64,000 nt of DNA from positions 2,343,551 to 2,407,550 of the forward strand of contig OZ244782.1 in the NCBI GenBank assembly GCA_965219625.1, read 5' to 3'. The first letter of the stretch is position 1. Every line of letters begins with the position of its first letter. Below, one piece after another: positions 1 through 8,539 of this stretch. Origin of the DNA: Candidatus Multivoraceae bacterium. Lineage in GTDB: Bacteria; Acidobacteriota; Thermoanaerobaculia; Multivoradales; Multivoraceae. The translations under genes and the position numbers were made by a program. A model generated the notes under the pieces. It was not told the DNA's origin, made no database searches, and saw only the letters and a program-made list of their open reading frames with translations.

Positions 1-453
1 GACGGCCTGGTCGTCTCCTACATTCACGCCGGCGGCAGGATCGGCGTGTTGCTCGAGATCAACTGCGAGACGGACTTCGTGGCGCGGACCGACGATTTCC
101 AGAAGCTGGCCCACGATGTCTCGCTCCACATCGCAGCGAGCCAGCCGCGGTTCATCGGCCGTGCCGAGGTCACGGACGAAGTGCTTCAGCGCGAAAAGCG
201 GATTCACCGAGAGCAGGCGCTCGAGTCGGGGAAGCCGGAGCAGATCGTCGAGAGGATCGTCGAGGGCCGCATGTCCAAGTTCTTCAGTGAGAACTGCCTG
301 TTGGAGCAGCCCTTCGTCAAGGACCCGGAACAGACAGTCGAGGATGTCCTGAAGGCGGCGATCGCCAAACTGGGCGAGAACATGCGGATCTGCCGTTTCG
401 CCCGCTTCCAACTTGGCGCCGACGCGACGGTCGCCGCGGCGACCGCCGAGTAG
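1..453 (+). CDS. tsf: Elongation factor Ts, C-terminal part (5' end outside window)
   Basis: In-frame from position 1; translation [35 protein letters not shown] is typical of the EF-Ts dimerisation domain; followed by pyrH and frr as in the conserved tsf-pyrH-frr arrangement. Confidence 0.9.
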   Translation, partial: DGLVVSYIHAGGRIGVLLEINCETDFVARTDDFQKLAHDVSLHIAASQPRFIGRAEVTDEVLQREKRIHREQALESGKPEQIVERIVEGRMSKFFSENCLLEQPFVKDPEQTVEDVLKAAIAKLGENMRICRFARFQLGADATVAAATAE

Positions 454-478
454 GCGAGGCCGCACGCGAACCCCGTCG

Positions 479-1192
479 ATGCCCGAGCCTGCCTACCGCC
501 GCATCCTGCTCAAGCTGTCGGGCGAGGCGTTGATGGGCGACAAGCCCTTCGGCATCGACGAGGAGGTCGTGCGGCAGATCGCCGTGCAGATCCGCGAGGT
601 GTTCGATCTCGGCGTCGAGATCGGCGTCGTAGTCGGCGGCGGCAACGTGATCCGCGGCTTGGCGGCGAGTCACCGCGGGGTCGAACGTGCAACCGGCGAT
701 TACATGGGCATGTTGGCGACGGTGATCAACAGTCTTGCCATGCAGGACGCCCTGGAGAAGGCGGAGGTGCCGACCCGAGTGCAGACGGCGCTCGAGATGC
801 GCAGCGTCGCCGAGCCGTTCATCCGGCGCCGCGCCATCCGCCACCTGGAGAAGGGCCGCGTGGTCATCTTCGGCGCGGGTACCGGCAATCCCTACCTGAC
901 GACCGATACGGCGGCGGCACTCCGCGCGAACGAGATCCAGGCGGACATCTTGCTGAAGGCGACTCGCGTCGATGGCGTGTACAGCTCCGACCCCCGGCAC
1001 GACGAGGATGCCGTGCGCTTGCCCGAAGTTACCTACCAGGAAGTGCTGGAGCGCAATCTGGGCATCATGGACGCAGCGGCAATCAGCCTGTGTCGTGAGA
1101 ACGACCTCCCGATCGCGGTGTTCGACCTGTTGATGATCGGCAACATTCGTCGAGTCGTGCTGGGCGAGCGTGTCGGTTCCCTCGTTACCTGA
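479..1192 (+). CDS. pyrH: UMP kinase
   Basis: ATG at 479 inside ORF 413..1192; [20 protein letters not shown]...GGGNVIRG amino-acid kinase motifs of PyrH; between tsf and frr. Confidence 0.9.
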   Translation: MPEPAYRRILLKLSGEALMGDKPFGIDEEVVRQIAVQIREVFDLGVEIGVVVGGGNVIRGLAASHRGVERATGDYMGMLATVINSLAMQDALEKAEVPTRVQTALEMRSVAEPFIRRRAIRHLEKGRVVIFGAGTGNPYLTTDTAAALRANEIQADILLKATRVDGVYSSDPRHDEDAVRLPEVTYQEVLERNLGIMDAAAISLCRENDLPIAVFDLLMIGNIRRVVLGERVGSLVT

Positions 1193-1335
1193 TTTCGCCG
1201 GGGATCCGAGCGTCGCGTGCCTGCGTGGGGCCCGCGGCCCATTCGTGTCGGAGGTTCGAACCCGCGGCAAGCCCCCTGCCGGCGGCGGATGATCGGTGGC
1301 GGCGGGGTAGGATCGCGGTCCGGGAGGCAGACGTG

Positions 1336-1890
1336 ATGCAGGAGTTGTTCTTGGAGATGGAACTCAGAATGAAGGACGGCGTCGACCACCTTCATGGCGA
1401 GTTGAAGACGCTTCGCACGGGTCGTGCGTCGACCGCGCTGCTGGACGGCGTGATCGTCGAATACTACGGAACGCCGACACCGCTCAACCAGCTCGCCAGC
1501 CTGGCGGTCGCCGACGCCACGCTCCTCGTCGCGCAGCCGTTCGACCCGACCCAGATAGCCGCCATCGAGCGCGCCATTCTCGTTGCCGACCTGGGCCTGA
1601 ACCCCTCGAATGACGGCAAGGTCGTACGCATCCCGGTGCCCCAGCTCACAGAGGAGCGTCGTCGTGAGATGGTCAAACGCGCGCATGACATCGCCGAGCG
1701 GTTCCGGAACACCGTGCGCGGCGTGCGGCGTGAGGGGAACGAGCAGCTGAAGAAGATGGAGAAGGCGAAGGAGATCTCTCAGGACGACGAGCGTCGGGGC
1801 TTTGACGAGATGCAGAGGCTCCACGACCACTACATCGCGCAGGTGAATCAGGCGCTCGCGAACAAGGAGAAGGACATCCTGGAGGTGTAG
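1336..1890 (+). CDS. frr: Ribosome recycling factor
   Basis: ATG at 1336 inside ORF 1225..1890; MQELFLEMELRMKDGVDHLHGELKTLRTGRAS...IPVPQLTEERRREMVKRAH matches RRF over its full length. Confidence 0.9.
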   Translation: MQELFLEMELRMKDGVDHLHGELKTLRTGRASTALLDGVIVEYYGTPTPLNQLASLAVADATLLVAQPFDPTQIAAIERAILVADLGLNPSNDGKVVRIPVPQLTEERRREMVKRAHDIAERFRNTVRGVRREGNEQLKKMEKAKEISQDDERRGFDEMQRLHDHYIAQVNQALANKEKDILEV

Positions 1891-1901
1891 GGGGGCCGTC
1901 C

Positions 1902-3167
1902 GTGTCGGAGTCGGGCTCTTCCCCCGTAACCCTCGCCGCTGGCGGGGAGCCGGCCGCGGCGACGAAGCCTGTGACGATTCACGCCATCGTTCCGGCTGCC
2001 GGCACGGGGACGCGGTTCGGCGGCGTCCGGCCGAAGCAGTTCATCGACCTCCTGGGTCGGCCGCTGCTGGCCTGGACCGTGCAGAGGCTGACCGCGGCAA
2101 TCGGCCTCGAGCGAGTGGTCGTCGCGGCGCCGCCGGGCAGCTCGGCCGCTACGCAGGAGATGCTGCGGCGCGAAACGGCAGCGTCGCCGGGAGTCGAGGT
2201 TCTCGTCGTGAACGGCGGTCGCCGGCGTCAGGACTCGGTGTACGGCGCGCTCAAGGCGCTCGGCCCCGGCAACGATGATCTGATCGCGGTGCACGATGCC
2301 GCGCGGCCGCTGTTGACGGCGCGTGACCTGAGTGCCGTACTCGAGGCGGCGGCGAGCAACGGCGTCGGCGCGGTGTTGGGCCGACCGCTGCGGGACACGC
2401 TGAAGACGGTCGATGGCGGCAGGCTGGGCGCCACCGTCGACCGCGCCGGTCTGTTCCGCGCCGAGACGCCGCAGGTTCTGCGTGCCGCGGCACTCTCGGC
2501 TGCGCTCGAACGAGCGGAGGAGGATCGTGTCGAGGTCACGGACGAGAGCAGTCTGTTCGAACCCGGCGCTTTGACCGCGGTCGCTGCGTCCGACCCGAAT
2601 CCGAAGCTGACCGATCCGGCGGATCGCGAAGCGATCGAGGCGTTGCTCAGGGCGCGGTTGTCTCCGCGACTGCAGACCCATGCCTCGGTCGGCCACGGCT
2701 ACGACGTTCATCGGCTGATCCCGGGGCGCCCGCTCATCCTCGGCGGGCAGCGGATTCCCCACGACCGAGGGCTCGACGGTCACAGCGACGCGGACGTCGT
2801 CTTCCACGCGATCGGTGACGCCCTGCTCGGTGCGGCTGGCCTGGGCGACCTCGGAGTCCATTTTCCGCCCGAGGACGAGGCCTGGGCGGGAGCGGACAGC
2901 TCGGATTTGCTGCGTCGGATCGTCGTCCTGGTTCATGCACGGGGCTTTCGAGTCGGGAACTGCGACGTCACCCTCATCGCCGAGCGTCCATCCATGGCGC
3001 CTTATCGGAGGGCGATCGAGCAGCGGATGGCGGAGATCTTGGGCGTCGACGTCGAACATGTGGGCTTCAAGGCAACTACGCACGAAGGCCTGGGCGCCCT
3101 GGGGCGGGGCGAGGGGATCGCGGCGCAGGCGGTCGCGCTGCTTGAGCGAACGGTAGGGAACGGATGA
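1902..3167 (+). CDS. ispDF: Bifunctional MEP cytidylyltransferase (IspD) / MEcPP synthase (IspF)
   Basis: GTG start. N-terminal half has IspD motifs (IVPAAGTGTRFG); C-terminal half has IspF motifs (HGYDVHRL...GHSDADVV...HAIGDALLGA). Stop overlaps the next gene's start (ATGA). Confidence 0.85.
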   Translation: MSESGSSPVTLAAGGEPAAATKPVTIHAIVPAAGTGTRFGGVRPKQFIDLLGRPLLAWTVQRLTAAIGLERVVVAAPPGSSAATQEMLRRETAASPGVEVLVVNGGRRRQDSVYGALKALGPGNDDLIAVHDAARPLLTARDLSAVLEAAASNGVGAVLGRPLRDTLKTVDGGRLGATVDRAGLFRAETPQVLRAAALSAALERAEEDRVEVTDESSLFEPGALTAVAASDPNPKLTDPADREAIEALLRARLSPRLQTHASVGHGYDVHRLIPGRPLILGGQRIPHDRGLDGHSDADVVFHAIGDALLGAAGLGDLGVHFPPEDEAWAGADSSDLLRRIVVLVHARGFRVGNCDVTLIAERPSMAPYRRAIEQRMAEILGVDVEHVGFKATTHEGLGALGRGEGIAAQAVALLERTVGNG

Positions 3168-3931
3168 GCGACGGTGGCGAATGGCGGCTCGGCTTCCAAG
3201 CCGTGCGCGAGGTTCTCCGGAGCCGCCCGCACCTGGTCGCCGAGCTGATCGTGGCGCGGAGCGCGGGGGAGCGGCGGCGGACGATCGAACGCCTGTCTAC
3301 GCGGCGTCAGGTTCGGGTAACCGCCCTGCCGCCGGGTGAGTTCAGGGAGAGACTCCTGCGGGACGGCTTGGACCCGGCGGCCGCGCGGGGGTTCGTGGCC
3401 CGCATCCGGGTGGGCTTGCGCGGCGAGGTTGGTCTCCGGGCCGGAGACAGTAGCTCCGACCCGGAGTTCGTCGTACTCGTCGAAGACGTACAGGATCCCC
3501 GGAACCTCGGCGCGATGCTCCGAGTTTGCGAAGGGGCCGGTGTGGGGCGAGTGTTGATCCGCGACCGTGGCTCGGCGCCGTTGTCCTCGACTGTCGCTTC
3601 AGCGTCGGCGGGGGCAGTCGACTGGATGGCGCTCGAGCGGATCACGAACAGTGGCATCGAGATCGGACGCCTGAAGCGGGCCGGCTACTGGGTCTATGGC
3701 GCCGATGCGAAGGGGCAGCCACCCTGGACGGTCGATCTGAGCGGTCCGGTCGTGTTCTGCATCGGCGGTGAGGCAAGGGGATTGCGCAAGCGGACGAAGG
3801 GCCTCTGCGATGCGCTGGTCGGTCTGCCGATGCGTGGCCGGGTCGAATCGCTCAACCTCGCTACCGCGGCCGCCGGCCTCCTCTACGAGGCCGTCCGTCA
3901 ACGTCTTGTCATAGCGGGGCCACTGGCGTAG
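3164..3931 (+). CDS. rlmB: SpoU/TrmH-family RNA 2'-O-methyltransferase (RlmB-like)
   Basis: SpoU motifs VVLVEDVQDPRNLGAMLR and ...GGEARGLR...LPMRGRVESLNLATAAAGLLYE; start overlaps the ispDF stop. Confidence 0.7.
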   Translation: MSDGGEWRLGFQAVREVLRSRPHLVAELIVARSAGERRRTIERLSTRRQVRVTALPPGEFRERLLRDGLDPAAARGFVARIRVGLRGEVGLRAGDSSSDPEFVVLVEDVQDPRNLGAMLRVCEGAGVGRVLIRDRGSAPLSSTVASASAGAVDWMALERITNSGIEIGRLKRAGYWVYGADAKGQPPWTVDLSGPVVFCIGGEARGLRKRTKGLCDALVGLPMRGRVESLNLATAAAGLLYEAVRQRLVIAGPLA

Positions 3932-3972
3932 ACTCCGACGTCGCCTTGGCGTTGAGCGCTTTCGGGGCGAGG

Positions 3973-4048
3973 GCCGGCATAGCTCAGTTGGTAGAGCAAC
4001 TGCCTTGTAAGCAGTAGGTCCTCGGTTCGAGTCCGGGTGCCGGCTCCA
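3973..4048 (+). tRNA. tRNA-Thr (anticodon TGT)
   Basis: Cloverleaf read by hand: acceptor gccggca/tgccggc, anticodon stem actgc/gcagt with loop cttgtaa (TGT), T-loop ttcgagt, encoded CCA. Confidence 0.85.
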
Positions 4049-4061
4049 GGGAGGAGTTGCC

Positions 4062-4148
4062 GGAGGTGTGGCCGAGCGGTCAAAGGCAACAGACTGTAAA
4101 TCTGTCGGGCAAAGCCCTACGGTGGTTCGAATCCATCCGCCTCCACCA
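4062..4148 (+). tRNA. tRNA-Tyr (anticodon GTA)
   Basis: Acceptor ggaggtg/cgcctcc, anticodon stem acaga/tctgt with loop ctgtaaa (GTA), long variable arm typical of class II tRNA-Tyr, T-loop ttcgaat, encoded CCA. Confidence 0.85.
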
Positions 4149-4169
4149 CGTTCCTTCCTGACGGCTTCG

Positions 4170-4244
4170 GCGGGAGTAACTCAGGGGTAGAGTCACAGCC
4201 TTCCAAGCTGTTGGTCGCGGGTTCGATTCCCGTCTCCCGCTCCA
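4170..4244 (+). tRNA. tRNA-Gly (anticodon TCC)
   Basis: Acceptor gcgggag/ctcccgc, anticodon stem acagc/gctgt with loop cttccaa (TCC), T-loop ttcgatt, encoded CCA. The tandem repeat array starts inside the 3' acceptor end. Confidence 0.85.
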
Positions 4245-5250
4245 GGCCGGCGCGGAGCGCGGCCTGGAGCGTGAGACGGGAATCGGCGTGCACCGCTCTC
4301 GTCGCATGCTTTCGCCTGCTCCTGGTCGCGTTGCGGGCTAGCGATTCCCGTTTCTGCCAACTGGGTGGAGGTGGCCGGCGCGGAGCGCGGCCTGGAGCGT
4401 GAGACGGGAATCGGCTTAGCCCCGCTCCCGTCGCATGCTTTCGCCTGCTCCTCGTCGCGTTGCGGGCTGAGCGATTCCCGAGTCGGTGGACTGGGTGGAG
4501 GTGGCCGGCGCGGAGCGCGGCCTGGAGCGTGAGACGGGAATCGGCTTAGCCCCGCTCTCGTCGCATGCTTTCGCCTGCTCCTGGTCGCGTTGCGGGCTAG
4601 CGATTCCCGTTTCTGCCAACTGGGTGGAGGTGGCCGGCGCGGAGCGCGGCCTGGAGCGTGAGACGGGAATCGGCTTAGCCCCGCTCCCGTCGCATGCTTT
4701 CGCCTGCTCCTGGTCGCGTTGCGGGCTAGCGATTCCCGTTTCTGCCAACTGGGTGGAGGTGGCCGGCGCGGAGCGCGGCCTGGAGCGTGAGACGGGAATC
4801 GGCTTAGCCCCGCTCCCGTCGCATGCTTTCGCCTGCTCCTCGTCGCGTTGCGGGCTGAGCGATTCCCGAGTCGGTGGACTGGGTGGAGGTGGCCGGCGCG
4901 GAGCGCGGCCTGGAGCGTGAGACGGGAATCGGCTTAGCCCCGCTCTCGTCGCATGCTTTCGCCTGCTCCTGGTCGCGTTGCGGGCTAGCGATTCCCGTTT
5001 CTGCCAACTGGGTGGAGGTGGCCGGCGCGGAGCGCGGCCTGGAGCGTGAGACGGGAATCGGCTTAGCCCCGCTCCCGTCGCATGCTTTCGCCTGCTCCTC
5101 GTCGCGTTGCGGGCTAGCGATTCCCGTTTCTGCCAACTGGGTGGAGGTGGCCGGCGCGGAGCGCGGCCTGGAGCGTGAGACGGGAATCGGCTTAGCCCCG
5201 CTCCCGTCGCATGCTTTCGCCTGCTCCTCGTCGCGTTGCGGGCTGAGCGG
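4245..5250. repeat. Tandem array of ~8 copies of a ~129-bp unit (unit lengths 128/130/129/129/130/129/129 plus a truncated last copy). Each unit holds a GC-rich hairpin and two inverted tRNA-Gly 3'-end-like segments.
   Basis: ggccggcgcggagcgcgg recurs at 4245, 4373, 4503, 4632, 4761, 4891, 5020 and 5149. Units fall into two sequence variants giving a higher-order ~388-bp (3-unit) duplication. Each unit contains the hairpin ggccggcgc-gga-gcgcggcc and the inverted pair gagacgggaatcggcttagccc / gggctagcgattcccgtttc. That pair resembles the tRNA-Gly T-arm and acceptor 3' end (cgattcccgtctcccgctcca). Confidence 0.9.
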
Positions 5251-5253
5251 AGG

Positions 5254-5781
5254 TTACTTCGCGGCTACGACGGCCGTCGCTTCCACCTCGATGAGCAACG
5301 ACGGGAACACAAGCCCCGTGACGCCGACCCAGGTCGAGGCGCGTGGGGGGTCGAGGCCCATGACCTTGGCTTGAGCGCGGCCGACGATCTGGACCTTCTC
5401 CGGGTCGATGTCCTTGATGAAGACGGTCGTCTTCAAGATGTCCTCGGGCCTGGCGCCGGCCTCCTCCGCGCGCTTGATGACGTTCGTGAAGGCGAGCTCG
5501 GCCTGTTCGGCCAGTGTCGCCGCGGGCGCCGCTGCTCCGTCGTCGGCCCAGCCGACTTGACCGGAGATGAAGATCGTCGTCACGCCGTTGGCGGTCGTCT
5601 TCGCGATGTGGGAGAAGCCGGGCTGCGAGCCGAGGAACTCGTTCTTCACTTCTTGGGCCTCCAATGCGACGGCTGCAAGAAGAATCGCCCCGAGACTCGT
5701 CGCGAAGCCGAATCGCCGCGCTATCGATGCAGGAGCCTTCCTTTGCGCCGTGTGGGTCGTTCGCGGTCGTACTCGTTCCAC
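5254..5781 (-). CDS. RidA/YjgF-family protein with N-terminal (possibly Tat) signal peptide
   Basis: RidA-like core (ISGQVGW...AFTNVIKRAEEAGARPEDILKTTVFIKDI...VGVTGLV) preceded by RRFGFATSLGAILLAAVALEA. Confidence 0.7.
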   Translation of the reverse strand: MERVRPRTTHTAQRKAPASIARRFGFATSLGAILLAAVALEAQEVKNEFLGSQPGFSHIAKTTANGVTTIFISGQVGWADDGAAAPAATLAEQAELAFTNVIKRAEEAGARPEDILKTTVFIKDIDPEKVQIVGRAQAKVMGLDPPRASTWVGVTGLVFPSLLIEVEATAVVAAK

Positions 5782-5885
5782 TCGTCGTCCCCTTGGGTCG
5801 TTCCGTGAGTCCGTTGGCGACTGGATGGGGAGAATAGCCGAGCGTGGGGACCGCCGCTGCTACTCTGCCGGTGGAGGTTGCCGAG

Positions 5886-6926
5886 ATGAGGACCGAGATG
5901 AAGACGGATCGTTCCATCGCCCTGTTCGTTGCACTGCTTCTTCTGGTTGCCGTGCACCAGCCCCCGCCCGGGTCAGCCGCCGAAGCCGAGTGGGTGAGGT
6001 ATCCGGGTGGCGACGGCCCCGGTGCGGGACTTCGGGTGGTCCTCATCGCCGGGGACGAGGAGTACCGCTCCGAGGAGGCGATGCCGATGCTGGGAAAGCT
6101 GCTCTCGGTACGGCATGGCTTCGAGTGCACTGTCCTGTTCTCGATCGATGCGGAGACTGGAGCAATCGATCCCGAAGAGCAGACGAACATTCCGGGTCTC
6201 GAAGCACTGGACGACGCGGATCTCATGGTGATCGCCACCCGGTTCCGTGAACTGCCGGACGAGCAGATGAAGCACATCGTCGAGTACGTCGAGTCGGGAC
6301 GGCCGATCATCGGCCTGCGCACGGCGACCCACGCGTTCTTCTACCAGCGAAACCTGGCCAGTCCGTACGCGCATTGGAGCTTCCGCAGCGAGTCTTGGCC
6401 TGGCGGTTTCGGCCAGCAGGTGCTGGGCGATACCTGGATCAACCACCACGGCAGGCACGGGCAGGAGAGCACTCGAGGCGTCGTTGCGCAGACCGCCGCC
6501 GGCCACCCGATTCTGCGCGGTGTCGATGACGTCTGGGGACCGACGGACGTCTACGGGCTCCGGAACCTGGGAAACGACGCGAACATCCTCTTGCTCGGCG
6601 CCGTCCTTGCCGGCATGTCTCCCGACGATCCACCGGTCGACGGCCCGAAGAACGACCCGATGGTTCCGGTTGCCTGGACCCGGACCTACACCGGCGCCGG
6701 CGGCCGGGCGGCGCGGGTGTTCGTGACGACGATGGGCGCCGCGACGGACTTCGAGAGCGAGGGGCTCCGTCGGTTGCTCGTCAACGCCGTGTACTGGGGT
6801 CTCGGCATGGAAGACCGGATTCCTGAGCGAAGCGATGTCCGGGTCGTCGGGGAGTACGACCCGACGGACTTCGGCTTCGGCGGCCACGCCCTGGGGGTCA
6901 TGCCGTCGGCCCACGCGCTGCCTTGA
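5886..6926 (+). CDS. ThuA-like (class-I glutamine amidotransferase-like) secreted protein
   Basis: Signal-peptide-like N-terminus (MRTEMKTDRSIALFVALLLLVAV); ThuA-family architecture (VVLIAGDEEYRSEE...DLMVIATRFRELPDEQ...GRPIIGLRTATHAF). Start codon uncertain (ATG at 5844, 5886 or 5898). Confidence 0.6.
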   Translation: MRTEMKTDRSIALFVALLLLVAVHQPPPGSAAEAEWVRYPGGDGPGAGLRVVLIAGDEEYRSEEAMPMLGKLLSVRHGFECTVLFSIDAETGAIDPEEQTNIPGLEALDDADLMVIATRFRELPDEQMKHIVEYVESGRPIIGLRTATHAFFYQRNLASPYAHWSFRSESWPGGFGQQVLGDTWINHHGRHGQESTRGVVAQTAAGHPILRGVDDVWGPTDVYGLRNLGNDANILLLGAVLAGMSPDDPPVDGPKNDPMVPVAWTRTYTGAGGRAARVFVTTMGAATDFESEGLRRLLVNAVYWGLGMEDRIPERSDVRVVGEYDPTDFGFGGHALGVMPSAHALP

Positions 6927-6956
6927 GTGGGCTCTTCACCGCGAACTCAGCTGGAC

Positions 6957-8489
6957 TCAGGACGAGTTCGCGAGGAATGCTCCCCGTTCGAGCAAGGGAG
7001 ATAGATCGTAGAGCAGTTCCCGCCGCCACCACGCTCCGTCGCCAGGCTCGCTGAACGAGTACTCATAGAGACGTAAGCGGAGGTAGTTCGGCGGCTTCCC
7101 GGCCTGTGCACCGGTATTGCCGAGGAGCCGCATCACCGCCGGTTCACCCTCGAACACCCGCGTCACGAAGGGCGCCAGCCAGTCCGCCCGCTGCGGGTCG
7201 AGCGCTGCGAACCACATCTGCCAGTCGAGGCGGGGCATGTGGGGCTGGGCGGCACGGGGCGCGCGATGAACATCCCCGGGCTTGAACCGGAAGGCGAGTT
7301 CGGTCCAGGTCGACCCGTCCGCGCTCGTCTCGACGACGATCTCCGGGCGTGAGGTCGTCATCGTCCGAAACAGGCCGTAGCCGCTGATCGAACGGAACGG
7401 TGCGACGGCGCGGAGCAGGGTTGTCGTCGGTTGAACCACGCTGCCGTCCACGAAATCGGCGATGGCGGCCGCCTGTGGAGGGGTGTCTGGTCCCCGCGGC
7501 AGCGAGCGGGTGAGTTCCCGGATGCCGACGAGCAGGCTGAGTCCGAGCACCGCAGCGGCCGCCGTAAAGCGGATTCGGCGCGAGGTCATCGCTGCCGATT
7601 CGAATCCTCCCGGCGCCCGGTCCGTATCTTTGCCGCCGTACCACGACAGACAGAGTACGGCGGAGAGCAGGTTGAAGAAGCCGTAGTTGCCGGTCGCCGC
7701 AATGAGGAGTTGCAGACCGACCAACAGCCACATCGCGACGCGGCGCAACCGCGGGACGAAGAGCAACCAGGGGGCGGCGAGCTCGACGACGAACATGACG
7801 AGCACGGAGAGGCGATGAAACGACTCGGGGAGCTGATGGACGTACCAACTCGTCATCACTGGCAGAGGTTGCGTGAAGTAGTGGACCTCGAGCGCGCTGA
7901 GTTGCCGCCAGGCGGGATCGAGGCTGACCAGCTTGGTCGCTCCTGAGAGGAACATCAGCTTGACGACCAACAGGCGGAAGAGCCAGATTCCCGCGCCTTC
8001 GGCCGGGGCGCGCGGCCTGCTCCGGAACAGAGCCGTGACGCGCTCCGCCGGCGAAGGGGGCTGGCTCGTCGAACCGCTCCGCCAGCCCAGGGGCGCCAGC
8101 ACGACGGCGCACAACGTCGCCTCGAGCAGCAGGGAGTCCCATTGGAAGGCCAGGAAGGTCTGGCCAGCCCAGACGAGCGACAGGTAGCAGAACCAGAGAG
8201 CGGCGAACACGGGCAGAGTCACCATGCCGGCGATCGCCAGCAGGGCGAGCACGCCGCCGCTCGCACAGACCAGATGGAGCATCAGGTCGTCTGAGCCGAA
8301 CCAGAACAGAGACGGCGCCCGCGCGAATCGCTCGAACGGTCCCCCTTCCACCACGCGCCGGATGTAGTCGAAGTACTCGCTCGCCGGCAAGATCCCCCGG
8401 GAACCGACGAGTCCCTCAATCTGCGTCCACAGGGACACGAACGCGACGAGGTGGACGCCGGCCAGCAAACGGAGCAGTAACCTCGGCAT
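6957..8489 (-). CDS. Polytopic membrane protein, LMF1 (lipase-maturation-factor)/HTTM-like family
   Basis: Multiple hydrophobic segments; motifs HYFTQPLPVMTSWYVHQLP and NYGFFNLL resemble LMF1/DUF1222-type proteins. Family assignment from memory of motifs, not searched. Confidence 0.45.
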   Translation of the reverse strand: MPRLLLRLLAGVHLVAFVSLWTQIEGLVGSRGILPASEYFDYIRRVVEGGPFERFARAPSLFWFGSDDLMLHLVCASGGVLALLAIAGMVTLPVFAALWFCYLSLVWAGQTFLAFQWDSLLLEATLCAVVLAPLGWRSGSTSQPPSPAERVTALFRSRPRAPAEGAGIWLFRLLVVKLMFLSGATKLVSLDPAWRQLSALEVHYFTQPLPVMTSWYVHQLPESFHRLSVLVMFVVELAAPWLLFVPRLRRVAMWLLVGLQLLIAATGNYGFFNLLSAVLCLSWYGGKDTDRAPGGFESAAMTSRRIRFTAAAAVLGLSLLVGIRELTRSLPRGPDTPPQAAAIADFVDGSVVQPTTTLLRAVAPFRSISGYGLFRTMTTSRPEIVVETSADGSTWTELAFRFKPGDVHRAPRAAQPHMPRLDWQMWFAALDPQRADWLAPFVTRVFEGEPAVMRLLGNTGAQAGKPPNYLRLRLYEYSFSEPGDGAWWRRELLYDLSPLLERGAFLANSS

Positions 8490-8539
8490 GGCGCCTATCC
8501 TGACGGAGTGGAAGAATCCGAGGCGGAGCGAAGAGGACG

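Noticed and set aside
1193-1335. tRNA-like T-arm motif (ggaggttcgaacccgcgg) and a small GC hairpin (gggcccgcggccc) in the pyrH-frr spacer
   Set aside because: No acceptor, D or anticodon arms can be built around it, and there is no T-run after the hairpin. Probably a chance GGTTCGAACC palindrome.
317-3083. Long Arg/Ala/Pro-rich ORFs antisense to pyrH, frr and ispDF (317..1270 -, 1033..1830 -, 1848..3083 -) and similar ones antisense to the FtsX/ABC, pst, rpoB/rpoC and fusA genes (e.g. 11396..13474 -, 9595..11535 -, 36082..37659 -, 37786..39804 -, 40638..44885 -, 46156..47490 -)
   Set aside because: Typical high-GC shadow ORFs: they overlap well-supported genes on the opposite strand or in another frame, have low-complexity R/A/P/G composition and no recognisable domains.
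4245-5250. Possibility that the repeat array is a CRISPR array
   Set aside because: There are no unique spacers: the entire ~129-bp unit repeats with only two variant types. No cas genes are nearby. The unit is far longer than CRISPR repeats.
4416-5374. ORFs of 110-166 aa on both strands inside the tandem repeat array, encoding repetitive 43-aa peptide units (e.g. AETGIASPQRDQEQAKACD.SGAKPIPVSRSRPRSAPATSTQL)
   Set aside because: They arise only because most units are 129 bp (43 codons), which keeps every frame open. Units of 128 and 130 bp shift the frame. There are no RBS or start-codon signals. One ORF runs on into the antisense strand of the RidA gene. The repetitive sequence gives no independent coding signal. 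Treated as non-coding repeat.
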